A stretch of 64,000 nt of DNA, from assembly GCA_038496445.1 (NCBI GenBank), contig JALMLS010000577.1:1178001-1242000 (forward strand), in the 5' to 3' direction. Shown here piece after piece: positions 1 to 13,589 of this stretch (position 1 is its first letter; each line of letters starts with the position of its first letter). The notes under the pieces were generated by a model that was not told the origin of the DNA, did not search any database, and was given only the letters and a program-made list of their open reading frames with translations. The position numbers were made by a program, and so were the translations under genes. This stretch comes from Trichosphaerium sp. ATCC 40318. Its lineage: Eukaryota > Protista > Tubulinea.

Positions 1-1382
1 GCTTTCGGTGCGGAAGGCGCTTTTTATACGTAAGGATACGATATTAGAACCTTGGAACTTGCCTTTTACGTTCTGTTGATTTTTACCAATCAATTTGGCA
101 TACAAAGCATCAAGCGTAAGTTCTTGCCTGCTCAATGCAGAGAATTCACCGTGAGGTTGTAGGAAGTCGTTAATATGAACGTATAGCTTGACCCTATATC
201 ACCATTAAATAATACTTAATGGCAGACAACACTAACCTATGCTGACTTGATCTTGCTTTATGGGAAGCAGGTACTTTTTCTCCAATAAATGTGACGAAAA
301 TGTAGCGAACTTGAGTTCTTACACCGCCAGCCTCTTCCATGTTTAATCCTAACACACAGTAGCTCACTTTATCATCAGCTATCTTGGCTTCAAAAGCTTC
401 ATAACCGCCAGATCCTGACTCTAAGAAATGAATAGCTTGTCTGTCTTCCTGGTAACCAGCTAGAACGTAATTGACGTCACTCTTATCATCCCTAATAGTG
501 CTTTAGTGTAAGATTTACGTGAGAGTCTACCTTAGTGTTTTTAACGCTGCATCAAAGTCTGCCTGATTAGCTATTTTGTACTCCTCTGTTCCTTTCTGAA
601 GAGATTTTTGGACTGTGTGGGTTCGCTTAACAGGCTTTCTGTGGAGTTTGGAGCCAGTAATTTTTTCTAATATTGCGTCTTCTGTCATTGAAGCAATGTC
701 AAAAACTTGCATCTCTGCTTGAAGTTGCAAGAAAGGCTTCTAAGTCAAGGAAATGCACTAAAAAATCCAGTAGACAAACGAACAAAAAAAATTTAGGATA
801 CAGAACTAACAAAGTTGTATACTGCTACACGATGTTGAGTACTTCGCGCTTTGGCCATAGGTCTTGCTCTAGGACCAATCCATGAAATGAACACATACTT
901 GAGCGTTGAAAACTTTTCTTCTTGGATGATGTATCCAATCAAGATAAACAACAACTAAAACGCGTTTTAGCTGTTCAAAAATGAAATAATAAAAAAAAAA
1001 GACATTGTCACGTGATGACGCAGTAAACGAAGCGTACATTCTTTTCCCCGCAGTATTGATGGATTTCTTCGATACCACCTACAGTTGAAATAAACAAAAA
1101 CGAAAAAAATGACAGTTTAAGCATAAATCACGTGACTATACACGTGTTGCGCTTATACGAGCGTACCTGAGCCTTTGTGTAGCAAAGAGACTTTTTTATC
1201 GTTGCCTTTGTAACCGAGAACGACATAATTGGTTTCAGTGCCTAAAAACGTTGATGTAAGAGTACCGAATAAAGCGAGCTATCGATGAACATACTTTCGT
1301 TACGCAAGTCAGCCATAGCCGCTTCTGTTCCATCTACGTCAGTAAACAGTAGTGAGGGATTTTCAAGAAGTGGTGCGCTCAT
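1..1382 (-). CDS. Tandem ADF-H (coactosin/drebrin-like) domain actin-binding protein, 3' end runs off the window
   Basis: ATG at 1382 (MSAPLLENPS...). Spliced exons give two coactosin-type motifs, KYVFISWIGPRARPMAKARSTQHR and RYIFVTFIGEKVPASHKARSSQHR. Confidence 0.8.
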
Positions 1383-2134
1383 GGTTAATGTTCGTGGTTG
1401 TTTGTAAGAGACGTGAGTAGAAGATCACAAGTGCGAGAAAGAAAGCAAGAAAAACTTGCTTCTTGAAAACTTGCCAGGGCATCTACGACTTGTAGTGTTG
1501 CGAACCATTATTGTATACTGCGAGACAACTACTCACGAACCGGATGCGCCAGCTCGTTTCAAGCGAATAGTTGTCTAGTACAAAAAAGAGATCCCAGCAA
1601 CGTTGGGTCGGTAAAGCACGTAGCGTGTCGGAGGTGTGCGTAAAAACACGTAAAAACAGGCAAAAACGGTAGCTCACGTAAATTGGGTCATTTGATTAAT
1701 ATTTTAAAGGCTTTTTCTATTCTAATTTAGACCTTAGGGCGTGCGGGAGATATAAACGACAAATATAAGTACGTACTCCTAAACTTACTACTAAATTAGA
1801 ACTCACTCCAAACTATGTTGCTACGCGTAGTGAGCTTCATCATAGTACCGAAATAGATTTCGGGGAGTTGGGAAAAAGTATTACCGCAGCGGAATACGTG
1901 GGAACGGACCCGTCAGGAAAACGAAAGTACGACTGAGCGAGTTTGAAGTGTTTAAAATCATTTGGCCAAATACGAACAACAATTAAAAACACTAGGAGTG
2001 TGGGTTTATGCTTGTAACTGCTTGAACTCACTACAAACGCTCGTCTGGGCTCATTGATCTGAGTTCCAATTAAGTTGATAACAAACTTAGCTGAACGGTA
2101 CAATTTCGATTAACACCTACGTATGGAGCTGTAA

Positions 2135-5100
2135 ATGTTAATTAGGTTCGCAAAGAAGAGAAAGGGGAATCTCAGCACTTTGGTATCTCTAATAGAGACA
2201 CCTAACAAGTGTGGGTACGCACCGAATCAGGACCATGATTTCGACGCCTGCCCTAAACTGTACGTGGTTAAACGACCAATGAGCGCGATTATGTACTTTT
2301 GGGCTAAAATATGAAATTAGGACCCAACTCGCTTGCAACGCTGTGGCTAATAACTTGGCTATGGGTGTCAGCATGGGTTTAGGATGTGAGATTCTCCCTT
2401 CAGAACTTGCCTATGCACTTTTCAAACGCCTAAAAGAAAAGAAACAACTTAATGTGCGAACTGTCCATGCCCTTACAAAACCGAACCTCAAAATACTGGA
2501 TTTGACAAACTTACCACCTAACATAAAATTTGATACAAACGAATTGGAGAGATCTGTGCGGGTACGTTTCAAATAACGTAAATTCAATTTGAATAACACC
2601 CTCACGCGCTATTCTACGCTTTGCGAAACCGTCTGAGTCTCAAACCGTGAATTCACAATCGTTTTTTTTTTTTTTTTGGTTAAAAACCTTCGCGTGCTAT
2701 TTATCTAGTGCGTTAAAACGTTGGCCTACTTTGAATACAAAAAAACCCCTAAAACGCTGATTCCACCTTTAAAACATCCCTTATTTGTATTGTCGGTTAA
2801 TTTCAATTCTTGACCCAGTTGGGGAACAGTTCGTTAACTGTGGTTTCTTACTTTTTATTTTCTTTAGCAATGCCGCTACCTAGAATGCTTACGCACTCAC
2901 GACATCGTAATATCGTCCCAAACTCTTGGTGTTCTCTGTCAGCCACAATATTTCAATAATTTGCGCTGTTTGAGTCTCTCATCATGTACACTGGATGAGA
3001 CAATGCTTAGAACCTTGATATTATCCGCCGTCAACTTGAGTGAACTCAACCTGTCAGGTACAAAAAAAAAAGCTTTGTTTCTGTCTGTATTGTTGCTGAC
3101 GTACTGTCCTAGGAAGTAATGTATCAGATGCATGCTTCCAGCCTGCCTTAGACCCTTCTTACGCACATGCATTATCAATGCTTGGTGATTCGGCACCACG
3201 CACTAAAAAGAGGAAAAGGTATTTGGTTTTTTTCTAATTTTGTAGTTTGGTTTCTTTTCTGGTTCATTATTTTTTATATTTTGGACTTCTCTAATCTGTT
3301 TTCGGTCTAGGCTCTCCGAAGAAGACACATTATGTGACACAATGGACGTGGACTCCCCTCCATGTCCTCAAAACAAAAAAAAACATGTCTATGTCAAGAA
3401 GCCAAATATGGCTATTCTCAATGTTTCAGGATGCACCGGTATTTCTAACAAAGGCATTGAGGTACTAAAATCTTTCAAAAAGTTTTTCGTGCACTTAAAC
3501 GAACTCACAAATCAATTTTTTTTTAAAAGTTGCTTATAATGTCTGTAGGGCATTGCTCTGATGTTCCCTATGCTGGCCTCGTTTGATTGCTCTCATTGTG
3601 ACCAAGTAACTTCAATTGAACAAATTGTCGTTTCTTGTAAACTCATTCGCCACTTGGCTATTGATGGATGTCCTGTATCATCTGGAGACCCTGCTATATG
3701 GCAAAGCAACCCAGATAGCCTTCGTCAACTAAAGTCTTTTACCTACTCTGGTACTGGTGTTCTTGACGCAGGCTGGACTGGTTGGTTTGAGCAATGTGCT
3801 GAGTCTCTGACGAAGCTTCAACTAAGAAATAAAGACCCTGAAGATGGTACGAGCTTTTTTAGATTATCCTCTACCGTTTTTAATCACAACCCACCCTTTT
3901 TGTTTGTGAAACAAGCTCACATTCTTTCTTCTGTAGAGGATCTACCAAGTATATGGTTACAAAAGTGCACACGTTTGAAATACTTGGATATCTATGGCCT
4001 TAGTGTTACATCTAATTTTATTGGCATGTTAGTGGAGAACACACGTTGCCACGAGACTTTGAAGACACTTGACTTAACCCACTGTTGTGGTATTACTGTC
4101 TCGTCTATTCGTAAGCTCGGTCAGACTGGTCTCCCTGCATTAAAATCTCTAACTTTATCACTTCGTAAGTACTTTGTTTCTAAAAAAAAGTTTTCAGATT
4201 TGGTATTTTTATGCTCGAACTTTCCTTTTTTGTGCGAAAAATTTTTTGTTTTACTACCTTGTTCCTAACTTTTTTTTCTTAAGCTCGTCAATTTGGCACT
4301 GCTGATCTTCAACTCCTTGGCAAAGGTTGCCCTGAACTAGAGCATCTGTGTATAAACTACGCACCTCGTGGTGTTCTTCGCACGGGTGATGGCTTGGAAC
4401 CTATACTATCAACCTATCCTAAGCTAAAGCACATTGAACTCTGGTGCTGCGACTCTGTAACTCAAGAGATGGTAGCCTCTATTCCTGAGATATGCAAGAA
4501 CGTAACCTCCATCCTGGTATGCCGTGTGAACGCACGACTACGTGATAGACCTTGCCTAAGTGAACGCGAGTTTACTGGTTTGAAACAAAAACATCCAAAT
4601 ATTGAATTTAAGATTTGGCATCACACAGTACTCGGGAACCGACACTTTCAGTATCATGCTGGTATGTATTTGCTTTTGTTTCTTGTAGTGCTTTCTTTTT
4701 CGTCGGAGGAAGCTTATGTTGTCTATCTTAGGTGCTCGCGATTTTGATTGCTTCGATGAAAGGAACAAACTTACTGTTCAACTTACTCCGGATAAGCATC
4801 TTGAAAACTGTTACAAAGCTCGTGTCCTTGTTGATAATATTCCGATATGGTCAAACGAAAAGGATGTTTGTATCAACCACCTCATTGCAACCACTGTACG
4901 TCTCAACTCAATCTTTTTTTTGTTTTTACCCTTTATTTTGTTGAACACGAACGAAAACTGACTTGTTTTTTTGTAGGTTGAAAATTCAGGCGCAATACCT
5001 CTGGTAGGCGATTGGTGTTGCGAATGCAATGTAGAAACATACAATGGCGTGTTGTTCTATCATCACCGCGATTGTATTATTTGGGAAACACATGAACCTG

Positions 5101-5338
5101 GTTCTAAGAGAAGGTTCTGTTTCCAAAAGGATAACTATAACAGAGTTGTCAAGGTACGATCTAGTTCTTGAGCTTTTTTTTATTTTTTCTTACGAGACCT
5201 TTTTCGTGTTCGCTTTTGGCTTACGTTCTCTTTCTTTAGTCCGCCGTTACATCTTTGAGAGTGGCTTCTGGCAAATCTAGCGCTTCATTTCAGCACAGTC
5301 ACACTGCTGTATCCCTCCCGGTGCCTCATGTGCATTAA
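2135..5338 (+). CDS. Leucine-rich repeat protein (FBXL/AMN1-like LRRs) with a Cys-containing C-terminal domain
   Basis: Multi-exon model with repeated LxxLxLxxC units (LKTLDLTHCCGIT, ILNVSGCTGISNKG, LKHIELWCCDSVT). Stop TAA at 5336-5338; start is inferred. Confidence 0.75.
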
Positions 5339-6318
5339 CATCTCTACTACCTCCATGTTGACTACTTCACCCTTTTTTTCATTGGATATTCTTCAACCTT
5401 TTATACTCAAACCCCCAACCCCTGTACATAACTCTACTGGCCAGCTTCTTATTTGGTCAGCTATATAATATTTAAAAGTCAACAAAACAGTGAGAGATGA
5501 CAAACAACGAAAACGAACTTAACATCTTCAACCGCACGCACCCTTCTATAGTAGCGCTATTGCTCCATTTATAAACATACAAAAAACTCTAAAACCCCCT
5601 TAAAAAAATAAACCAACAGTCGCACCATGCGACACATGGGCCTTCTTGGCCTGCTTTACGACAAACCCTCTTAGTTTCTTTTTTGCATTTTCAACTTTTA
5701 GTTATTCTAGTTCGTCTGTCTTACAAGTTCCTGAAGTAATGCTTGCTATTACTAACAAAATACCAAAGACTCGTTTGTCTAGTGGTACGCTGGTGACCTC
5801 AAAGCTTGTCATAAGCGGCTACCTAATCAAATAGACTTGTATAGAAAAATCGAATGATTCTACTGCCAAGGGACAGTCAGGCATTTATGGCTACGTCAAA
5901 GTCACGTTACTTCCGAAGTACCCCGAAAGTACAACATCACGGCACAACTTCTGCGGGGCGAAAACAACGCACAGACACAGTGCACTGAAAAACTACGCTG
6001 TAGCATACGTTACTTGGTGCAAGGAAGGGTAGATTTTACCAAACATTTTCTTTGTCAAAAAAAAAGTGGCATTTGATGGAACAATCAAATACTCCCTCCG
6101 TGTTTACTATTCCAATGAATTATTAAGTAAAGATGTGGTACTTAGATTCTAGTTGTACCTTACAGTGCTTTTTCCAAAGCAGGTTTGCAACTCTATATAA
6201 CCTCTTTTTTAGAATAGTTGCCGAATAAAAACTGAGACTGTTTTTACAATACAAAAATAGCATTACAACATATTTACACTGGTACAACAGGTTTTGTATG
6301 GTATCTAACTGATTTTGA

Positions 6319-9300
6319 CTAGTCAACAGACTTACGAGTTTTCTTCTTACCCAAATCAGGCATGTCTTTTTTCTTCTTTTTTTCTTTGTCTAATCTCGCT
6401 TTTTCCTTTACCTTAGAACTCACTGCAGGTGTTTTACTCTTACGACCGCTCTTACTAACACCCTTTTTAAGCCTTGCAGTTCCTCTAAATTAAAATGTCA
6501 AAAAACCGCTAGGCACCCGACTCAAGGGTTTTTTTGGAGTAAGAAAAAAAGAACATACCTATCAATTCTAGATGCCATTGTTGCATTTGTAGACCTTGAA
6601 CGCTTTCGTGCAGATCTCATTGTTATTAACTCAGGAGATCCTTTTGAACGTTTAGGTCCAGCAGAGTTCTTTCTTGTCAAAAGCTTCGGAGTGTGCAATC
6701 TAGAACCTTTTCTTGTTGGGGAACCCAAACTAAAAACAGATCGTCTGTTTGAGTTTGCAAAATTTGATGGTGGGCTATCTGCTGGAGAACCAGTTCGAGG
6801 TGTAGGCATCCAAGACTCTTCATCAGTTGGTGCTGAAAATGACATTGTTGATACAGCAGGCCTTGGGGACTTGACCCTCACAGAGCTAGAAAAGTTTCTT
6901 GAGTACAAAGACATACAATTTAGTTTGTTTAGGTGTACCCTCCACCAAAGCTAACGCTATCAATTGGCTTTATTCGCCTAGCTCTACTTTTTTTGTATGA
7001 ACCAGAACGCATTAATCTAGTAGATTAGGTTGTTAGTTATCATAACTTCTATAGGTGTAAAAAACAAAACCATCAAAGTACGTACTCGTTGTAATTCTGA
7101 GAAGTCAAGGACTCTTCTTGCATACTTATTGATGGCCGCATACTATTGAATTGCAAGCTATACATATAAAAATTGAGCACTGCAATACCATGTGGTGACA
7201 CGAGGTAAAAGGAGAGCTTAATGTACCTATGAAGTTCGTTGATTTTATCTTTAAGTTCTTTCTTTTTTTCTTTGTTGTCCTTATCATCTTCGTCGGTTAA
7301 CTTTGATTTTTGCTCACGTCTGAATGTTCGATACTCTTGATTAAAAAATCTACCAAGACAATCTTCAGGTTCTGGTACTACTTTTTGTACTTCTTCATTC
7401 AATGCATTCCAATCAACATTACTAAGGCACACTATTAGAAATGCTGTATTTTTTACCTTTTGTCTTTTTATCTCGAGCGAAACTCTTACCTCTTGTATTT
7501 TGTTTCAGAAGGTGCCATTGCAGCTTTTGCTGCAACAGCAAATGACTTTGATTTCTTCATACCATGAGTTTTACCACTAGTGTATTTGGAGAACAACAAA
7601 GCAAGCATCCTCTCAGGATTAGCTCTAACACAATTAAGGAACGGATGAGACAACAGTTTGGCTGCTGACGGCCTAAAGAATATTAGAAAAAGTATAAAGA
7701 GATAATGAAGCGAACCTCAATGCTGGTTCTCTTGTAAGGCATTGAAAAGCGAAATCACAAAAGTTCTCAGACCACGTTGATGGGTCCAGTTTAGGCGGTG
7801 GTTTATTGACAATGTCTAGAATGATATTCGCTGAGCTACCTTTAAATGGTGCTGTTCCATTGGCAAGTTCTATACGAAAAATAAATACATTTTGTATGGT
7901 ATGTCAACAAAATCATTAAATCGAATAAAAAAGTTACCTAATGCCATTACACCAACTGACCAGATATCAGACTTTACTCCAATATCATCTGAGCTGATAA
8001 GCTCTGGTGCTATCCAATATAATGCACCAAACTGCGTTAACCGTACCATTGTCATGCCATGAGCGCAGTTATTATAGAACATAGCTAGAGGCATTAATTA
8101 GTTTTTTTTGGTCTCGTTTTAGTATATCATCATATCATATTTTCTTCCAAGAAAAGAATAAACACGTACACAGCTTGCATTTTCCTGTACTGTCGCAAAA
8201 CACATTCTTTGAATTTACTCCTCTGTGTATTACTTTCTGTCTCTCAAATACAGTCAAGACCTTAACAATCTGATACAGAATTCCAGCAATGAATTCTTCA
8301 TCAAATTGTATACCATTGACTCTTGCACGGAAATCCTTTAACGATTTCAAATCGCAGTAGTCTGACGTAACCCACACTTCACGATTATCTCTTTTAAATA
8401 CTTGTCTGTAATTCAATATCCCTAAAATTGATACATTAATAAAACCATTTTATCAAGCTGTCACATGTCCATATCCGTACCTGGTGTACCCTCTGCAGAC
8501 AGGTTAATGAAGTTATTCATTTCTTTGGCAAGCTTCATTTCAGTAATTGTTTCGTGTCTTAGCACTTTAACAGCAATTGGTGTACGATCTTCGTTTCTCT
8601 TTACGGCATAATAAGATACACCGAATTGTCTGTGATAAGGTTTAGATAAAATAGAAATGAAATATAGGACTACTACATACCCTTCACACAGCTTTCTTTG
8701 CAACTCTATAACACCCACAGGGTCAACTGTTGAGAAATTCGATAGCGATCGTAGTGGAGATTGCATTACTCTTACATCTGGTTCTTCTTTTAAAACAATC
8801 TAATAGTTACAAAGAAACCATATCAGTACAAAATTTTCAAATTAAGCTGTTAAAACAAAATGCACACAACCGTACTCCTTGTACTCTTTTCGTCATTGCG
8901 TCTTTGCTTCTTCCTTTACGTAGCTTCATTCTAAAAGCTCTAGCACTATGTCCCCTTTCTTCTGGTTCACCTCTCATTGCGTCACTAGTCTTGATGACAC
9001 GTCTTCTAATTCTTGGAGATATAATGCTTCTAGCCTCAGCAGCACTAGCTGAATGACGTCGCTCCATTCTTAACTGTAATAAAGGATTTTCGCCCTTGGC
9101 TCGTACAATTGAATCAGGTTCAGATCCTAGCTCTTCTACTTCCTGACCACTAAGTAAGAAAACTAGTGCTATATTGTCGCCACCATATACTGTATTCATA
9201 CGCGTTCTAGAAAGGCCATTTTGTCAGTTTAAAAGCTAGAAATTTGTGGTTTCTCAAAAAAAAACTAATGGCCAAACTACTCACCTCATTATGTCTCTAT

Positions 9301-10099
9301 TCTTATGTATTATACGTAGGTTAAAGCCTTTTTGTTTCTTTTTATCAAAAATAGCTTGCATATCTTCCTCACCAAATATGTACTCCTAGCAAGGCAATAA
9401 AAACTTTGAAGTAATCTACAAAAAAGCCAAACTAACCGAAAGTGGTGCACCAAACATATCTCCACGATCATAGCCTAGATACTCTTCTATTTGTGTATTT
9501 GCGCCCACAATAGTGAACTTTCCTTCAATGTTTTGTAATACGAGCAATGGTTCTGCAATATACTCTAGGGCACGTAGAGAGTAGAATGTTTGCGCTCCTG
9601 TACCAAACCGTAAGAAGAAAATAATTTCAATCAATGAGAAAATACGGAAATGACAACAACACTTCAGTTTTCGGTTCTCAGAGGTGTGTAATGCCGTTTT
9701 TCCAGTTTGTGATTACTTGTAGTAATGATAAAGAGATAGTATTACTAACTTACCTAATTGTATTGCTTTCACCCATTTACGGCGTTCTCTTGAACTCTCT
9801 GCGCTGAAGAACGTAACACGCTCTGCGTAAATACAGAATGTATTCTTGCGCTCCAGTTCTGTAAACAAATTCTCCACAGATGCGTCTTGTAGGTGTATTT
9901 CTTGGGCGTGTTCGTGCTAAAGGAGAAAAACGTTGGCTAAAGTCAAAAATGTGCTATCCTAAACGAAAAAAGAGACGGTTCATACCTTTAGTGAAGTGAT
10001 ACGTATGCGCCCAAGCATTACTATTACCATTTTCTCCTTAAACTTTTTTCCATTTCTACTTACCCACAGCACACCCTGTGCAATAACAGAACTCGTCAT
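6319..10099 (-). CDS. PH domain - PAS domain - STE20-like (pseudo)kinase with a basic low-complexity tail
   Basis: N-terminal PH (QGVLWV...FFSAESSRERRKWVKAI), then PAS-like (ALEYIAEPLLVL...IVGANTQIEEYLGYDRGDMFG). Kinase subdomains IAVK, YWIAPE, KSDIWSVG, ELANGTAPF and RPSAAKLLSHPF are present. Stop TAG at 6319-6321. Confidence 0.8.
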
Positions 10100-10581
10100 A
10101 GCAGTTTTAACCAATAGCGCCTGGTTTGTATCGCGTATACTACAAACAGCGAGTACTGTACTAACGAAAACGGGTGTACGCAGCGGTAACCTTCTACAAG
10201 CCTAGTAACTTAATCGTACTAAACTAAGACGCATAACTTTACTTCCATAATTGGCCGTTGAGTTTCTGTGCGTTTTTGTGTACTGTAAAATGGAGGTTAC
10301 ACTGGCGCTACACATTCTAACGATGCTGGTAGAAACCTTTTTATTTTGTACAGCTCAAGCAGTTGTACATGGTGATAGATAACACAATAGTATGTACCAC
10401 AGTTGCATTTATTGTACTGCTCTAAGATTATCTCTTTTTTTCAGGTGAATTGTATCGCTTGCAAACACCTGCACTAGCATTACCATGTCAACAAGTTGGA
10501 ATTTGCGCCAAAAAATCGCTACAGACTTCTTCGCGTGTTTTCAACACTTATACTAAACGTACAAGTAACACCTCCAGCGAA

Positions 10582-11079
10582 ATGAACCCATTCGTGGCAG
10601 CTGCGGCTTATTTAGCCGTTGTGAATATAGGTTCTGTTGCACTGTTCCTGTATGATAAACAGCAGGTACGTACTACCGAACGGCGCTAGTTGTAGTACAA
10701 ATATGCTCAATTTAATAACAAAGGCCCAAAGACATGCTTGGAGAGTGCCAGAAGCGACATTACACACTACAGCGCTTCTGGGAGGATGGATTGGCGGTCT
10801 TTTTGCTATGAAAACATTTAGGCACGTATATTTGAAAGTGTCACACTCTTCTGCTTCTCAAAGCTCTCGCAATTAATGGATAGTACCTTTTGTTAACCTT
10901 TGAGCAGGCACAAAACGCGAAAAATGTCATTCCTCGCAACTTATTATGCAGCCACTGGAATTAATTGCGCTGGTGGCTTCGCGCTCGCTTACGCAGTCAA
11001 GAATGGCCAAGTTGACGTTAACAGCCTTTTGAAACACCCTCTGCTCCGTCAAGTTATGCGCAATATCAGAATAAGATAG
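10582..11079 (+). CDS. DUF1294 family small membrane protein
   Basis: Three exons give LFLYDKQQAQRHAWRVPEATLH...LLGGWIGGLFAMKTFRHKTRK, the DUF1294 signature. Confidence 0.85.
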
Positions 11080-11540
11080 GGTTCTACAAAGACATAGGAG
11101 AGGTGTACAACACTTTGAAAAAACAAATCAAAGTAAAACATTTTGTAATGTACTATTTAATACAACACGTGTTTTGTATAGACGAAGATCTAGGGCGCTG
11201 CACATAGCGTATTTTCCTATCACGCTTCGTAATTTCGGAGCTTTTTATGGCGACTCAATTTCATTTACGTTCTTACGCGTTTTGTTACAAGTTTGGCATA
11301 TGTTTCTATCCATCGTTAGACACCGCAGAGAGATTATGATGCATTGTTGTTATGGTAAAAAAAACGTGGGGAAGGAGAATCTGTTTTAAAAAGATGCGAA
11401 GTTTCATCGTGCGGAATAACTCCTCATAACCATAATACTTATACGATAAACAAAGCATGCTAGCTGTACAAACTCTTAACAATAACGCCGTAGCGGGTTT
11501 AAGCACTAATACCAAGGCATCCTCAGAAATTAGTGCAAAC

Positions 11541-12429
11541 ATGGTACATCCTACTCCAGAAGCCCCAAAACCACTTAGAAGTAAAGAAGAGTACGTCAAC
11601 ACGTAACTTTTTTAAACGTATTAAATTCTTACGAGCCGCATCTAAAACAGAAACCAAAGTATTTTTTTCGTATATTCCCCCGTGGAGCCTCAAAAACTCT
11701 TCAATATTTTAATACTCCTCGTAAACTTAATATTTTTCCGGCTTTTTTTTTTTTGCAGGATAATAAAAAAACCTTGGTTAACATACAATGTAGAAGTGAA
11801 TGTGCTCGCTTATTAATGTCTCTACACAACGTCTCAAGTTCTGGGACATTGAAAAGGAAACAACCTGTGCCTAAGAGTTCCTCCGATTTTCCTTATCAAG
11901 GCTCTGCCGCCTCTGAACGCCCTTCCAAGAGGCAGCGAGTGGCACTACAACAATCTCGAGTGCCAACAGCGACACAACCTCAGAAAAAAACAGACCAAGA
12001 CGGCTATCAGTTTGTATTTTATAATTTCGTCAACTCGAACAAAAAAAAGAAGGGAACAGCTGGTAAGGATTTATTTATTTTTTGATGGAGTTTTTTTTTT
12101 CTATTTGCCAAAAGTGACTCACTTTCTCGTTCAAACTCCCATTTTGCCTTCTCACTCTGTCTTTAGCTAAAGGAAAAAGAGCACGCACCAGACTCCCACG
12201 CACACCTGTTACAAGCCTAAGAAGCACTTTGTCTTCACTACAACACTTCACCTCTCATTTTGGAAAAAAACAGAATTCTCGTAAAAAAGTCACAACTACC
12301 ACGCCTAAAACTCCTGAGCGCGTGTTACCTCCTATTGCGACGTATCTACATAAAATTCAAAGAGATGTCAACAAGGTAACAAGCCACCTTCAATTATTTT
12401 TACTGACCTTTTTCTATTAGACATCGTAA
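11541..12429 (+). CDS. Hypothetical basic low-complexity protein
   Basis: Spliceable exons (MVHPTPEAPKP..., SECARLLMSL..., ERVLPPIATYL...) with NLS-like clusters. No family recognised. Confidence 0.45.
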
Positions 12430-12758
12430 CAATTTTCAAACCAGCTAACACATGTACATACAACCCCTCCCCCTCACGATCCTTTGTCCAAACTGTATAA
12501 TAGCAAATGTATTGATGAATAACTAAAGAGCTTAGTTTTATTTACCGAAAGCAGTGTTTTCTGAAATTGTATTTGCTGTTGCCCTACTATCAGCTATGTC
12601 TTTATTTATGAGTCATTTCAAATGTTGTCTTGTGGTCGCGATACCAGGTCGTTCGTTTTCGCATACGTTTCGCGGTTTTGCATTGAAGTAAAATAATCAT
12701 TACTTTGGCATTGCGATTTATTTAGGCACAAAAAAAAACACAATTAGTAAATAATCAC

Positions 12759-13589
12759 ATGGAACAGACCAACACGTTACGGAGCAATGAAATAGAATGG
12801 ATGCTGCAACACAGGCCACTGGTGCATGACTTGGGACAACTTCAACGGGACTATGGAGCGGACGAAGCTACACAAATCGTAAAAGCGTACAAAGAGGCAG
12901 GCTTTGAGAATTTATTGCCATGTTTGAATTGGCCTGGTGTAGGAACACGCTGGAAGCAATTTCTAGCATTTGCCGCGGAAAATAGCGCATTAGACACCCC
13001 AAAAGCAGCATTCGTTGCTTTTGGTAATCACTTGGGAAGAGTGAAGTCGTTCCGCGCACTGGCGCTAACAAAAGAAGGTATTGACACAATCAAGAGAGAA
13101 GACACTATTTGGCCTTCTGGCCGGCTCAAAACATCTAAGGAGAACCTAATGCAGCTTTTTAATGAGAAAGGTGTCAAATTTATGTGTTATGCAAGGTTGT
13201 ACATTGGCATGCGCCTTGTGCCATATGACCCAACGCTATCACTTCACGATGACCCCGAGACGGCAGTTACAATTGCAGGTGGCTATGTAGAACGAGGTAA
13301 AGTGCTGCATCTGTTTGAACTCGATGTGCCAAAAATTGAATCATGTGGGTACACAGTAAGGGATGTACAAGATACAGAAAGAGAACACAGATGGTTCAAG
13401 CATAGAGGTGTCATGTTTGATGCAAATTTGGAACGTACAGAGAGATACGCCATTTTCGAGATACCATTCTTAAAAGAGCGATTGGTTAGCTTGAAGTTAC
13501 TCAAATCAAACAAAGAAATCACTGATTTTATAGAACCGTTCAAGCAAAAGATGTTGGCATTGTACAAAGCGTCAGGAGAACAACGCTAA
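12759..13589 (+). CDS. Intronless 276-aa protein, candidate R-S-E clade mono-ADP-ribosyltransferase
   Basis: Clean ATG-TAA ORF. Motif series SFRAL...IWPSG / LSLHDDPETAVTIA / LHLFELDVP / ERTERYAIFEIP. The CDS call is secure; the function is inferred. Confidence 0.6.
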   Translation: MEQTNTLRSNEIEWMLQHRPLVHDLGQLQRDYGADEATQIVKAYKEAGFENLLPCLNWPGVGTRWKQFLAFAAENSALDTPKAAFVAFGNHLGRVKSFRALALTKEGIDTIKREDTIWPSGRLKTSKENLMQLFNEKGVKFMCYARLYIGMRLVPYDPTLSLHDDPETAVTIAGGYVERGKVLHLFELDVPKIESCGYTVRDVQDTEREHRWFKHRGVMFDANLERTERYAIFEIPFLKERLVSLKLLKSNKEITDFIEPFKQKMLALYKASGEQR

